The notes beneath the pieces are model-generated. The model saw only the letters and a program-made list of their open reading frames with translations. It searched no databases and was not told the origin of the DNA. DNA of 64,000 nt from Eledone cirrhosa (lineage: Eukaryota). The stretch is from NCBI GenBank assembly GCA_964016885.1, contig OZ024740.1:95046001-95110000 (forward strand), written 5' to 3'. Positions 30,800 to 45,649 of the stretch are shown here, in pieces. A program made the position numbers and the translations under genes. Numbering within the stretch: the stretch's first letter is position 1; every line of letters begins with the position of its first letter.

Positions 30800-31574
30800 A
30801 ATACTACAGGATTTCTCCTTCGAAATAGTACCCTAGCGTCTAACATAGTTTCCCATTCTTCTAGGCCACTTCAACATACTCTCCTGGAGGGATGGTACCG
30901 GTATTCTCCGCAGCTCCGTCGTCATGGAACTCAGGATAGCTTCCTTGTCCGGATGACGTGTCGTGTTCGAATATTTATGAATCTTCTCAGCAAGTATGGT
31001 TCAATCTAAAGACACACGAGGCTGTATTGACGCACCAGCATGGGTCAATTCTTCTGTCGCCATTCATCAATTTGTCACCCACTTCAAACAGATTTCCCGC
31101 AAGCACACACGAGGTCGAGGTTCAAGCCCAGCACACTTACGATCAAACAAAGAAACGACCCGAAACACCAGGTTCAGGTGCCCAACATTCTTTTCAGTCC
31201 TACTTTTTGCAGGCCTTTCATTGCTGGAATCGTCGTCCACATTTCCAGGTCCCTTTTTGAACCTTTTGTGCCAATCGAAATCCCATGAACGTGACCTCGT
31301 CTATTCACTGTACAATTGCTGCAGCAGTCATAGTGCTTCTTACGGAATTTTCATTCACCGAACCAGAAACTTCATGTTAGTTAGTTTCTTAGCGCCTAAT
31401 CCGTGAGAGGTTGTAGTTGCGGTGCTAACAGGAACACGTGAGAAAACTTACAGACCTTCAAACACCTGAAATCGCATATAATACGTCTCGTGAACACAAG
31501 ACTCGCCAATCCCTACCTCACTTGTATCTCACACCCAACGCTAATATCTGTTACTTTTCAAACTCACCAAGTAC
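30800..31574 (-). mobile_element. Decayed, internally deleted mariner transposon
   Basis: NMKFLVR..LLQQLY..DWHKRFKKG..VDDD..RP..SRT (HTH) and MTTELRRIP..YFEGE C-terminus; TIR-like gttacttttcaaactcaccaagta at 31551-31574. Confidence 0.8.
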
Positions 31575-31812
31575 AATATATAATACAGTAATATATAATA
31601 TATAAATATACATATTTATAAAACGTTGTAGCTCAAACAGAGCTATACATACATGAATTAACATGTGCAAGCATATAGGAACGTACTACTGCAAACAAAT
31701 ATACATTCATGCACATGGACATACACACACTCATACATAAATACACACATATATGTAAATATATCTATATATATATATATATATATATAGATATATATAT
31801 GTGTGTGTGTGT

Positions 31813-31884
<72 letters not shown>

Positions 31885-31887
<3 letters not shown>

Positions 31888-32065
31888 TTAAAATCCCTCG
31901 CGAAAAGCGGTGAGTTTGATCTCGAGTATCGGACCTGGGTATAATTGGAGACGTAAGCAATACGTGGTGCACACATTGTCATGGCGTAGCTACCACAACC
32001 AGGCTGAAAAGATAACTATTAACATGAACTGCTCTTACTTAAATAGCCGTTTACCTCATATGTTT
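31885..32065 (+). repeat. Repeat X, inverted partner at 34868-35050
   Basis: About 180-bp diverged inverted pair, each with a (TG)n/(CA)n tract outside and (TA)n inside. Confidence 0.85.
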
Positions 32066-32160
32066 GTATATATATATATATGATGGAAAAATTTGAATAG
32101 GGACAAAACAGAGAGGCAGTACAATAAATGTTTATTAATTTCACGCTCAGGAGAGTGGGG

Positions 32161-32694
<534 letters not shown>

Positions 32695-32702
<8 letters not shown>

Positions 32703-34802
32703 AGATCAAAAGATGGTTAAAGGAGTTCCATGTATTTTATTATGCGCATTTCAAAAACAAACATCATCATGCAATAATATTTGTGTTTTCATCAGATAAA
32801 ACAGGAGGACATGATATGAAGGCTAAAAAACACTTGTGGATAGTGCAGTTTTAAATCAACATATGAGAAGTAATTTTAGATTGATGTGTGATATTGGGAA
32901 AAATATTTTATTTAGAGAGGGGTGGGGGGTGGAAAGGATGAATAAAAGGGGAGGAGATGAGAGTGAAGGTGGAGAGGGAGAGATGGGTGATAGAGAGAAA
33001 GAGATAGTTTTTATAACTGATAAAAGATATATTGTTTTACATAGAGAGGTTGAAAACCGTTGGAAGATAATGTATAAATTAAAAGAATTTGAAAATTAAC
33101 GAAGGGAAAGATATGTACGAAGAAGGAGAGGGAGTTAATATGTATTGAGATTAAAAAGTTTGATGATAGATAGAATAGAACAATGAACTGCGGATGAATA
33201 TTCTAACGTCAAAAAAATGTGTGTATGTTTACAAGTATTATGGAAATTTGAAAATTAACGAAGAGAAAAAATTATTAAGGTTTGTGTATTGAAGGATTTG
33301 AGAAAAATAATGTGAAGTTAAGGTTTGTATATTGAAGGAATTGATAATATGTGCGAAGAAAGAGTTAATATGTATTAAGAATGAGTTAGATGATGGGGAG
33401 AAAAAAATAATAAATTAAGGATGAATAATCTGGCATCAAAACAAATGTATATGTTACGAAGGATGTTACAAGGTGAAGATAGAGTGAGGGTAATGAGTAA
33501 ACAAGTATTATAGAGTGTATAATACCCTTTGAAGTAAGGTAGGAAGAAGGGTATAATTTAAAAGAGGTGTATGTATATGTGCCTTTGAGAAAATATTCTA
33601 AATTGATAAAGAATTGAATATTAGCTGTATACTTTGTGAAATGTCTTATGAAATTTATGCAAGCAGATAGAAAACAAATCTGTACGTCTATTTATTATAG
33701 AATCTAGATTAGAGATAATGGTAAATTTTTCATTTAGGCAGAGATTACAGATTTTAGATAGAGAGCTGTTCAAGTATGAAGACGCAGAAGAAACCTTCTT
33801 CCAAAAGATGGTATATTTAATGTTTTTGTCTTTCAAGGACCATATGAGTTCTGAGAGAGCCGTGTTGGTTCTTTTAAGTTTGTATTTAAAAGATGAATGA
33901 TGATTATAGAGACGAGCTTTAAAAGAGGTGGAAGTGGAGCCAAAATAGGTGAAGGAATTGGTGCTAGTTATAACTTTACATTCATAAATTCATTATCAAG
34001 ACAATGGTTGTTGAGAGGACATTTATAAATGTCCTCTCAACAACCATTGTCTCTATAATCATCATTCATCTTTATATATATTCCTTCAATATACAAACCT
34101 TAACTTCACATTATTTTTTCTCAAATCCTTCAATACGCAAACCTTAATAATTTTTTCTCTTCGTTAATTTTCAAATTTCCATAATACTTGTAAACATACA
34201 CACATTTTTTTCACGTTAGATTATTCATCCGCAGTTCATTGTTCTGTTCTATCTATCATCAAACTTTTTAATCTCAATACATATTAACTCCCTCTCCTTC
34301 TTCGTACATATTTTTCCCTTCGTTAATTTTCAAATTCTTTTAATTCATACATTATCTTCCAACGGTTTTCAACCTCTCTATGTAAAACAATATATCTTTT
34401 ATCAGTTATAAAAACTATCTCTTTCTCTCTATCACCCATCTCTCCCTCTCCACCTTCACTCTCATCTCCTCCCCTTTTTTCATCCTCCCCCCCTCTCTAA
34501 ATAAAATATTTTTCCCAATATCACACATCAATCTAAAATTACTTCTCATATATTGATTTAAACCTGCACTATCCACAAGTGTTTTTTAGCCTTCATATCA
34601 TGTCCTCCTGTTTTATCTGATGAAAACACAAATATTATTGCATGATGATGTTTGTTTTTGAAATGCGCATAATAAAATACATGGAACTCCTTTAACCATC
34701 TTTTGATCTTATATATTATGTATACTCCAGTCCTACAAACTGTAGAGTGCTTCTTATCCGATATCTGCATTGCTTTATTGTACTACGATAAAACTCACCT
34801 CC

Positions 34803-34806
<4 letters not shown>
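32695..34806. mobile_element. Family C PLE, head-to-head with about 640-bp near-identical arms
   Basis: GIY-YIG end on minus strand 33621-34025 (YFGST..FKARL, ICNLCLNEK, CLH); 32695-33342 inverted at 34080-34717; tail to 34806. Confidence 0.92.
34611..34677 (+). ncRNA. Canonical-core type I hammerhead (copies 32735-32801 -, 47701-47763 +)
   Basis: ttttat CTGATGA [36-nt hairpin] GAAAT GCGC ATA ataaaa. Confidence 0.82.
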
Positions 34807-34870
<64 letters not shown>

Positions 34871-35048
34871 CATATGAGGTACACGGCTATTTAAGTAAGA
34901 GCAGTTCATGCTAATAATTATCTTTTCAGACTGGTTGTTGTAGCTTCACGATGACAATGCGTGCACCATGTATTGCTTACGTCTCCAATTATACCCATGC
35001 CGATACTCGAGATTTAAACTCACCGTCTTTCGCGACGGATTATAAAAA

Positions 35049-35156
<108 letters not shown>

Positions 35157-35163
35157 CTCTCTA

Positions 35164-35208
<45 letters not shown>

Positions 35209-35283
35209 GGATAAGGTGGAGCTTGCAAGTGGGAGGGGATTAGCGGACGAGCACGATTAGTGTTATATGTTTTCTTCCTGAAA

Positions 35284-35363
35284 GTGTTGCCGGATGAGAA
35301 AAGAGTATATGAGTGATCATCATATATTTCGGTGCATTGAAACGGCACTTGAATGTATAACAT
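35284..35363 (+). ncRNA. Degenerate hammerhead-like motif
   Basis: gtgttg cCGGATGA ...tatatga/tcatata... GAAAC ... GTA taacat; core altered. Confidence 0.35.
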
Positions 35364-36510
35364 TATTTCTGTGGACGATTATTTGCAGCCAAACAACAGA
35401 TGGTCATATTAATGTCTGATATTAAGCAAGTAGTGATGACTGTGGTGATAGCTAAACTAGTGAAGTTAATAATAATGACGTCAATTGAACCGCTTGTGAT
35501 AAATCGAATTTAATGAACCAAATATATTTGCTTCAATTGTGACATGTTAGGCCAAAATGTAATATATGTGTAGTATGTTATTGTTAATGTCTTTATTCAT
35601 TTCATCATTTATATTTACATTATATTTAGTTTGCTACGGAAGAAGAAATATATAATCTTAGCACTCTACCTGTCAAAAACACAACTGAAAAAATGTATTT
35701 TCACTCTATAATTCATGAACTTTTCTTTGGCAATTTAAGGTTGTCATTGTTGCATTGAATATATTTCAAATTTAAAAAAAAAAAAAAAAATTCATTATCA
35801 TCGGCTTTTATTATTATATATTTTTATTAATTTTGTCTTTGCTCTTTAATGTATTTCTTTTTTATTCTGCATGACCAAGGAGATTTCTATTTACAGAAAA
35901 TAGCAGAATTCTAAGAGCTGTCAAAGTGAGACTTGGTTGTTCTCAATCATTAGCCACTACCTTAGACGTTGCTGTGAAAAAACTAAACCAGTTTGCGTTT
36001 TGTATTGATTAATAAGGGTCAAACATTCATGCAGTTGCACTTGAATTTTTTGTATTTTCAACTTAAAAAAACATTCCATTGACTCGCCGAATCATCGCTG
36101 TTACTTTACCTTTTACTTCATCTTGTAATTTGTTTTAAGTGTGGAAATATGATAACAGAAATATATAGAATCTTTCATCGTGATTCTTCATTATCTAATA
36201 TGTTAACATGTCATTTCATTAATACAAACTACCTTTAGAAATCCTTTTATAAATGAATCGTTATCAAATACTTGAATGTGCAGTGGAAAATGTATAAGGA
36301 AGTTGATTAGAATATTAATAATATTACTATTAGGTAAAGTTTAAATTATATGTTGCAGCGGACATATGAGAGAAATGCAAACATTAAATGATGTTAGCTA
36401 AAAAGTGTAGGTGTTACAATGTAAACAATCCTATATTTGTCGGAAACAAATATTTCGTGATCAATTACACACACACAAAATCACAGATACATAGAGCAAT
36501 TACACGCACA

Positions 36511-36546
<36 letters not shown>

Positions 36547-36588
36547 GGAAATCAGTAACATCGAATTTCTGGCGGTTTGCAAGTAAAT

Positions 36589-36658
<70 letters not shown>

Positions 36659-36660
<2 letters not shown>

Positions 36661-37835
36661 GTTCAAGAGTAAACAATCTTAACGAGAGAGATGGAGATAG
36701 GAGAGGAGAGATTGGTGAATTAGTTAGAAGCCAAAGTATAAAGGCATGTGCTCAATGTGCAATATGCAGTGGAAAGCAGCTAGGTGGCTGGGTTCATGCA
36801 CAAGGCCAGCAAATATCCAGTGCATTACTGGTACTTTATTTTATCGACCCCGTAAGGATGAAAGGCAAAGTCAACCTCGGTGGGATTTGAACTCAGATCG
36901 TAAAGGGACGTAACTAAGCTGGAAAGCATGGCGTCCGACCCTCTACCGATACTGCCAATCCACCGCCCTGGTTTAAGTATTATTAATAATAATAATGTCC
37001 GTTTACAATTGTTTCGCTACTCCATATAATATTTATGGATCAAATGACTATATATCATTATTGATCTAGTTCAGTTGAAAATAATTAACATAGTTAAACA
37101 TATAGCGGCTCATCGGAAGTTCAAAGGAATATAAATTAAAATGAGGAAAGAATGTTACATAAATGTAATGTTCGATATATTGGTATTTCACTATGGTGTC
37201 CTGGGTGTAGCAATTGTCTGCCATAATCAAGCATTAATTGTCTGACATAGGCAGATCTCACACAATGCAGCATCGACAGAAGAATAGTCCTAGGTTATGG
37301 CAGACAATTGATACACCCAGGATACCAAATGAAATAACAATACATGGAACATTACATTTATGTAACATTCTTTCTTTATTTTAATTTATATTCCTTTGAA
37401 GTTCCGATGAGCCGCTCTATCTTTATTTATTATTAATTATTTTCAAATGAACTAGATCAATAATGATATATAGTCATTTGATGCAGAAATAATATATGGA
37501 GTAGCGAAACGATTGTAAACGGACATTATTATTGGTGGATTGGCAGTATCGGTAGAGGGTCGGACGCCATGCCTTCCAGCATAGTTACGTCCCTTTACGA
37601 TCTGAGTTAAAATCCTTCCGAGGTTGAATTTGCCTTTCATCCTTACGAGGTCGATAAAATAAAGTACCAGTAATGCACTGGGTAATTTCTGGCCTTGTGC
37701 CTAAAGTAGAAACAATTATCATTAATATTATTATTATTATTCTCTACATTTATTACATCAAACTAAATTATGGTCGCAATCTTGTAATAATGTCTTGCTT
37801 GAGAAATTTGTGGTCTTGTTTTGCTTAACTAATGA

Positions 37836-37838
<3 letters not shown>
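36659..37838. mobile_element. Family B pLTR head-to-head insertion with a SINE in each arm (36799-36968 -, 37534-37717 +)
   Basis: Homologous to 24125-24905; turn at about 37244. Confidence 0.88.
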
Positions 37839-37907
<69 letters not shown>

Positions 37908-37913
<6 letters not shown>

Positions 37914-38199
37914 ATACTTTGGGAGGGTCATGTTGCCAATAAGAAACACACGCACCAGTTGCTTTCACTTCAATTTATTATATATTTATAAATTTATAAA
38001 TTTACAAATTTACAAACTTATAAATTTCTGGTTGGTTGGTTGGTTCCACAACCAGATAGTTGTTTATATATAGTCATAGTCCTTTCGTCACACACTCTGT
38101 GACCACTTATTGGCAACATGACCCTCCCAAAGTATAACAATATCGGTTTCAACACACGATTTCAGATAAAGAATCTTGCTAAACAAATTCAGAAACGAA
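37908..38199. mobile_element. Head-to-head pLTR mini-insertion of the 14148 family
   Basis: 37908-38105 matches 14204-14385; 38106-38199 is the inverted end plus tail. Confidence 0.85.
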
Positions 38200-38347
<148 letters not shown>

Positions 38348-38451
38348 AATATATCTACCAACATATGTATACAGATATATACCCATGGTAGCAAATATAT
38401 ATGTTATGTCTTAGTACATTTGTGGTTCTATGCAGGGAGATGCAGAACAAT

Positions 38452-38625
38452 TATATGAAAGACGTAAAACAAGAAAATTTGAAAAATTAAAAGTTAACTT
38501 ACTTACTATAGTTACGTTGTATAACTCTATTTATCCCCTTACAGAAACTAATTAGTTGGAGTGAAAATGTTAGTAAGTAAGTTAATTTTTAACTTTTAAC
38601 ATTTTCTTACTTTACGTCTTCATAT
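38452..38625. repeat. Foldback with about 55-bp diverged arms
   Basis: 38452-38508 is the reverse complement of 38569-38625; loop contains GAAAC TAATTA GTT. Confidence 0.7.
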
Positions 38626-38799
38626 ATATATATATATATATATGTAGAAGGGATATTTAGTTTGTTGGAAATCCAACAAAATATATATGTTTATAATGTG
38701 ATTCAGAGCACTCGACATATTTCTTGAGTAAGTATTCAATGCCATTAAATAAATGGAAGCTATATTTATAAAACAATATTTATTCTATTATTAATAGTT

Positions 38800-39558
38800 C
38801 ATAGGTGACAACTACATACTGGTGAAACAGATCCCTTTGGATATGTACGTGTGTTATATAATTATAGAGAAATATATTTACGCTTTAATTTATATTTTTA
38901 ATTATCGTGTCTATAGTCTGCCTTTCATAGGTTATAGATCCCATACACTGGTGTTTTTTTTATTGTTTTATTGATAGCGCACTGTATATCTATTTCTGTT
39001 TTGTTACCTTTTCAACATATTGTATTTTAAACATCTCAGGTTTTCTTCTCATTTGAGCACATTATTTACAGGGAATGGCGAGGCTCTATGGCTCCGTTAA
39101 TTTATCGTGATATTTCTCTCCTTATAATAGTCTTTCCTATCTCTCTGTTTGGTTAAGCACACTTCTCTGAGTAGTTTAGGGCTGCCCTTTCTAGCAGCTC
39201 GTCCCTCACAGGCCACTGGTTTACTGCCCTCAAACACGCTACTTCTCTCTCCCACGTGTAGCTGGACAGTCACTTTTAAAATTCTCTTAGTGTTGTCTGA
39301 AAGGTATAGCATAACACACGCTGAAGAACCGTGGTTATTCCATTTCTGTCAACCACTTACTGGCGAAACAGATCTCTTTGGATATGTACGTGTGTTATAT
39401 AGGTATAGAGGTATTTATTTACGCTTTACTTTATATTTTTAATTATCGTTTCTATAGTCTGCCTTTCATAGGTTATAGATTCCATACACTGGTGCTTTTT
39501 ACCTGTTTTATTGATAGCGCAATGTATATCTCTCTATGCTGTGTTACCTTTTCAACAT

Positions 39559-39632
<74 letters not shown>

Positions 39633-39719
39633 ATGTTAAAAAGGTAACACACCAGAGAGAGATATACAGTGCGCTATCAATAAAACAGGGAAAGACCCAC
39701 CAGTGCATGGAATATATAA

Positions 39720-39724
<5 letters not shown>
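38800..39724 (+). mobile_element. ORF-less 541-bp partial tandem repeat with hammerhead, plus an inverted end across a TA tract
   Basis: About 38810-39025 repeats at 39350-39565; 39470-39563 inverted at 39628-39724. Confidence 0.8.
39311..39398 (+). ncRNA. Full type I hammerhead with 10-bp stem I and a true stem III
   Basis: ataacacacg CTGAAGA accgtggtt...aaccac-ttact-ggc GAAACA gatct-cttt-ggata T GTA cgtgtgttat. Confidence 0.85.
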
Positions 39725-39762
<38 letters not shown>

Positions 39763-40126
39763 TTATATATGTGTGCGTGTGTGTGTATATATATACTTAT
39801 ATATATATATATATATAATCCCTTTTTCCATCTTCGTTCGTTGCTTCCTCAGCATCAATGTCATATTTCTTATATTTTTGTTTTCAAATCCACATTCAAT
39901 AAAAAAAACACCAGGTTTGTTTTTCATTCTAACAACTGAAAGCAGATTTATTTGCTTTCATGAAACCACTGGTAAATGAAATAATTATCTTGTGTTGTTT
40001 GTTACATAACTAATAGGCTATGTAACCTACATAGACTACTCATTTTTCATGTACCTTTCCGACGGAATTATTTCATCCACACACACACTCACACACACAC
40101 ACACATATATATATATAAATATATAT

Positions 40127-40190
<64 letters not shown>

Positions 40191-40192
<2 letters not shown>

Positions 40193-40912
40193 GGATTACA
40201 AATAATAGTTAAATGCAGTCCACTTAGGTGAAGTCCAGTTATGGTATTCCAGGTAGTAGATGATATTAACGCTTGGCTTGGTTTGACTCAACAAGGCGTT
40301 TTCATAGTGATGCTGCGGGTATGCTGTAATTCCTATGTTGTAAACACTTGGAGTAATAATAAATCAGGAAAGAAGGTTTACATGGTTTGCTATACAAAAA
40401 AGTTTTTAATCACATAGCTTACATTTGTTTCACTGAACTGGTATGTCTAGAGATCGCTATCCGCTTAATTTTGCGTTACTCGATCGCCAATACAGAATTA
40501 TAACCAGTCAGATCTTCGGAGCATGCGAGAATGAAGAAAATACACAGGCAAGAAAAGAAAAGAAAATATAGGCTACTATATGGAGTAGTGATGGCATTCA
40601 ATTAGAACAATAACAACAATTACAACAATGCTATCAATAAACTATTTAAGGAGACCCTGACATTACTTAGGTGGGGGTATATAATGTATCTAATGTTACG
40701 GCGTGAAAACCAGCTGTCATAAGGCAAAATGTATCGTAGTGTGTATCAATTTTAAATTATAAAGATAAGCTAGTTTTTACAGTCTTTCTCTTCATCTCCA
40801 ACAGTATACATGAGTGGGACCACTGCCAAAGCTCAATAGTTGTAGAGTTAACACAGAGGTTAACGAATTAATATACGCATATATCTACGCACACACACAC
40901 ACACATACACAT

Positions 40913-40949
<37 letters not shown>

Positions 40950-42466
40950 AATATATATACACATATATACACATGCATGTGTACATAGACACATACATAC
41001 ACATCAATATACACTCGTACAAAAATATACATACATGCAAAGAGAAAAGCGTGCTAATTGTAATTATGGCAAAAAGAAGGTAAAGTAACATTGTAGTAGT
41101 GAAATGAGAAAAACTAGGATCTAGGATCAAATGATTGCAGCAGCTGAGAAGTAGTAAGATTGTTGGTAGATGAGGTACTTACAGACAATTGTGTGGTATA
41201 GACTTGTGAAGGATATAGTATACTTAATGAATATATTTTTGTGGGTAGTAGGTATCCTAATTTAAAGCTATGTTATGTTGGTTCAATTCACGGAGGTTTG
41301 AATCTTATGAATTTAGTGGCTATTCTATGTCTGCAAGAGATAGATCTTTCTAACTTATTATTAAGTAGCCTTTTAACATTTCTAAGGATATACAATAGCT
41401 CAAGATCACACAGCCCGCGATAGGACATCCCTGTACTATAGGTTTTAGCAGCCGACAACTTCGACCTGTTGATAGTGTAGTTAGTGTTGCTGTCCTTCAA
41501 TTCCCATATTTTTCTGGCGAGGGTGGTGGAACCCATAAGTGCACGGTTTTTCATTGAGTGCCTGTGCACATACCATCTTTTCTTAAAAGAACCCGCGGTG
41601 GATCCTATGTAATTCCAGGTGGAGTTACCCGAGATGACAGTGCACATGTACACCAGGCTCGAATCGAGACATCTGTTCGCACATGGGCACCTATCTTGGA
41701 GGTGACAGTTACAGTTTGAGGCGCTATTTTGTGCAGCTTTTACATTCCTATATAGTACCTTGTTATAAGTGGGTTGTGATATATGCCTAATGGGGTTTTG
41801 CTGCTGCGCGTTTGTATGCGCTTGTGGTTGTGATGTTGTGATGAGTTTGTGCTTATGTATAGGTGCAATTGATTTACTTGAGATATTTCTGTGGTTGATC
41901 TTGCGTATGTGTGATTCTATGCTAGCTGCTGTTGAGAAAGAGAGTTTTATAGTAGATCTATTGAGTATTTTGTGATATCTATGCGAGATAGGGAAGTGTT
42001 TATCTATTAGTTTAAAGAATGTAGAGGACAGTCTAGTTTTTATAGAGGAGTTGAATATTGGGTTGAACCATAGGTATTTTCTTTGTCTGTTTCTTCTATT
42101 GTTTCTAGGGTTTACGTTATTAGTGTTTTGGCCGTTTACTCTAGGTGTTACATGTCTTACCCTATGTCTAGTCGAGCTATTCCTATTATTATGAGAGCGG
42201 TTGGAGTAGAAATTACTAGGATTGTTTATGTTGTCCTTATTCACTATATACTGTAGTTTATCTTTATGACCGGCCCTACTTAATGTTGCATTATAATAGT
42301 CAGCATGCTCGTTAAAGATTTCTAGGTTTGAGGATAAGCGGGATATTCGGAGGGATATACTACGTGCTATGGATTTAATTAATTAAATCCATAGCACGTA
42401 GTATATCCCTCTTATCCCGCTTATCCCTCTTATCCCGCTTATCCTCAAACCTAGAAATCTTTAACG

Positions 42467-42468
<2 letters not shown>
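40191..42468 (-). mobile_element. 5'-truncated PLE (family D) ending in a snap-back
   Basis: ORF 41288-42380 (LWFNP, CNC..CPC..CL, LVY, YIGSTAGSFKKRW, LCDLE, CRH); 1.1-kb 3' UTR. Confidence 0.93.
40417..40522 (-). ncRNA. Family D hammerhead, CCGAAGA core, 81-nt stem II (copies 48335-48442 -, 49774-49881 +)
   Basis: tgct CCGAAGA wctga-ctggt...accag-ttca.. GAAAC AAWT GTM agc. Confidence 0.68.
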
Positions 42469-42522
<54 letters not shown>

Positions 42523-43695
42523 GCATGTTTCTATATATACATATAGATGTATATAAGTTTGCGTATTTTGTATATGAGCGGTGTATTTTATGCTTAGGAA
42601 TTATTATTTTCAAAGCTTCCAGCTATGGGATTTTGAAACTGATAACGTAGCAACACCAGGTGGATTAAAGCAGAAGCAAAGGGCGACTAACTAGCGAAGG
42701 CGAAGTCTCTGATTCTGGTCGTTATCAAGTCAGTGTTCTCTCAACCTGCTCCCTACTTGAACTCAATATCGTTGAAAACATGCGCGCATATTCTTAGCCC
42801 AATCTAGTTAGATCGATTTCCGTATCTTCCTGATACAGGCTAGCTGCTTTGTACCAGTAACTTAATGTTCCAAAGTACATTACTGATATCAGGGAGATGC
42901 GACGTTCAGTTTCTTATCCACGGACTTTCTAGCGAAAAATAATCAAGTGGAAGGGTTGTTCTATTTATATACGTAGAGCTAGTAATTTTAATTATAATTT
43001 GTAAACACAATATTTCAATTGCAACAACTAGTTTCTTGATAATACATGACCTCAAAATATGCAGGAATTGATTGAAATGTTGCAAAACCGCGTGGAAATA
43101 ACTATGGGAAAACATGAAAAAACATCGGGAACGTAGTGTGGTTTAAAAGTCATTTTTCGTATAGTCATACCTTGGGGAAAAATATATATATATATTGAAT
43201 GTGAGTGTGTCTAGTACTTACACGCATATTACCAATATATCTTTCTGACAATGATTTATGAATGAAAAATTGTGTTTTGCATCTCGTGAACATCGATATA
43301 TTTATTGTATATCAATATAAATACACTATCAACGTACATTATAGTTTTTCAGGTAAGTGTTTAATCGAATACTAATGTTTAAGACGGAGAGGAGGACCAT
43401 AATATATTATAAACTTACCATGTTAATAGTATTTTGAATCCCATATTGAAAAAAGAGTGTAGTATTTGGGGTGAATGAGGGATATTCAGAGAATGTAATA
43501 AAATAATATATAATGTAGATCGAACTTGTAACGTTTTATTGAAACATATTACCTGATGCAGGATGTAAGTTGGATAATGTTTCCAGAAGTAGATAAAGTA
43601 TTTGAAAGATAAGCAGCTGTGTTTCAATCTAGTGTAATTAGAGCTTCAAACTACTATATAGCCCACTTTACTTTGATACATTATTATATGGTTGA

Positions 43696-43887
43696 GGCGT
43701 TGGATTGGCAGTATCGGTAGAAGGTCGGACACAATGCTTTGACGCATAGAGTTACGACCCTTGTCATTGTGAGTTCAAAGACACACGAGGTTAACTTTGC
43801 CTTTCATCCTTACCGGATCGATAAAATAAAGTACCAGTAATGTACTGGTGTATATTGCTGGCCTTGTGCCAAAAGTAGAAACAATTA
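43696..43887 (+). mobile_element. tRNA-derived octopod-type SINE
   Basis: A box tggcagtatcgg, B box gagttcaaag, tail agaaacaattattatt. Confidence 0.9.
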
Positions 43888-45476
43888 TTATTTGGTTGGC
43901 ATATTTTTTTTAATATACTCCATTTTTGATTGAGGATACCCTGGATATTTAATACATATATAGGTTTTGCAACCCTAATGCATGATCTAATTCCATCTAA
44001 AAAGGAATGGGCGAATAAGAATACCATATTTGCTTAAACTTTGGAATAGATTTGCTTTCATGGTTAGATATTCTGTTGCATACGTTAGGTAAGCCGTACA
44101 CTATCTAATGAGCCCACCTGAACACAATATTTGATAAAGCAGGTTACACCCTACTAAAACACAACATTCCTAGTTATCAATTTCAAATAACGATTCAACA
44201 TATGCACAACGTAACTACATAAATTATATCTAGGAATAGTCCAAGAAAAAACCTTTAAATGTAAAAAGATGATGTAGTTAAAATTATCTTCGGATTAATA
44301 ATACTGCTGACCAATCAATTCTTTTGCTACTACGCGGTGTATTCAATAGGAAACAAAAAAAGGTATTACATCACATTAGTGTAGCATAATGAATTGCAAT
44401 TCAAATATTATTCGCCATTTCAGGAGAGAAGCCTCGGAAAAATAATAATGTAAATAAATTACAATGCCCAATTGTAGCTATTTTAGTAAATTTCTGTTTA
44501 TGTGTCCAATAAAATAATTTCTACTTTTATTATCGTTCTATTTTATCTATTTGTTTATCTATTATATTTTGTATTTGTAAGAAAATAACGAGTTGAAAAA
44601 GTTTTCCAACGTATTTTGGGAATTGTTAGTTACTCTTGTGTTCATTCATTTTCATTTGCGACTGAATATGTATTATTTAGGAATTGAAAACCTATTACTT
44701 TTGTTCGCAAATTGTCTTAAGCAGCATGGTCATTTGAATTGCTTAATGCCATTTCAGGTTTAAACTATTTTAATTTTTCAACAAAGTTGAATTCGAAACA
44801 AAAAAGGATACGTAAGTTGCAACAATTTTAAAACAATTCCAATATATAAAAAAATTGACGAAAAACATACAAATATTTAGTAGTAAATATATAAAAAAAA
44901 AAAAATAAAATATTTTCTCATCTTTGTAAATTTAGAATTAAAACTCAAAATATGCTAAACTGATTTTCTATTGTGGAAATTGTTCTTAAAAATATCGACT
45001 GAGAGAATAATTTGAATCTGCATAAATATTTCTTCAATGGCCGCAATTCTGTAATCATACCGAACATTTGTTGTTTGTTTGTTTGTTTGTTTTTTGCTTA
45101 AGTGGAATTAATTTCTTCAGATGTGCCAAACATATTTCGCAAGCTTAAAGATATCTATTAGAAATCTGTTATTACCTGTGCTAAAATAGATCTAATTTTC
45201 GAGACAAATCTCGGCTGAATATCATTCGTCCACACCCAAATATTATGTACTAATGGTTCATTTAATGATGTTATGAACAGAAGTTTGTGTATTTTTGAAT
45301 TTTAAATTAAAATTGGTTATTGAGAAATTCACTGTGTGAATGATTATTTGCTGTTTAGAAGAATCTGTACATAACAAAATGCAATATCCCCGTCACTTCT
45401 TAGATAGGAAAGATATAAGATGAATATTTTAGGAAACACGAATATAATGTTGCAATTATTTATTTATAAAATGTCC

Positions 45477-45583
45477 TCTTCTTCTTCTTCTTCTTCTTCT
45501 TCTTCTTCTTCTTCTTCTTCTTCTTCTTCTTCTTCTTCTTCTTCTTCTTCTTCTTCTTCTTCTTCTTCTTCTTCTTCTTCTTC
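45477..45583. repeat. (TCT)n microsatellite
   Basis: Direct read. Confidence 0.97.
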
Positions 45584-45649
45584 TCCTGAATTACATGATA
45601 GTAGTAATTATAGTAGTCGTAACATTAAATATAACACACAATCCAACAC

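Noticed and set aside
35893-36014. Exon-like stretch after tttacag (NSRILRAVKVRLGC...)
   Set aside because: No recognisable protein or partner exons; acceptor-like motifs are common in AT-rich DNA
42735-42800. Tc1/IS630-like DDE motif (ELNIVENMRAY)
   Set aside because: Single weak motif with no supporting context
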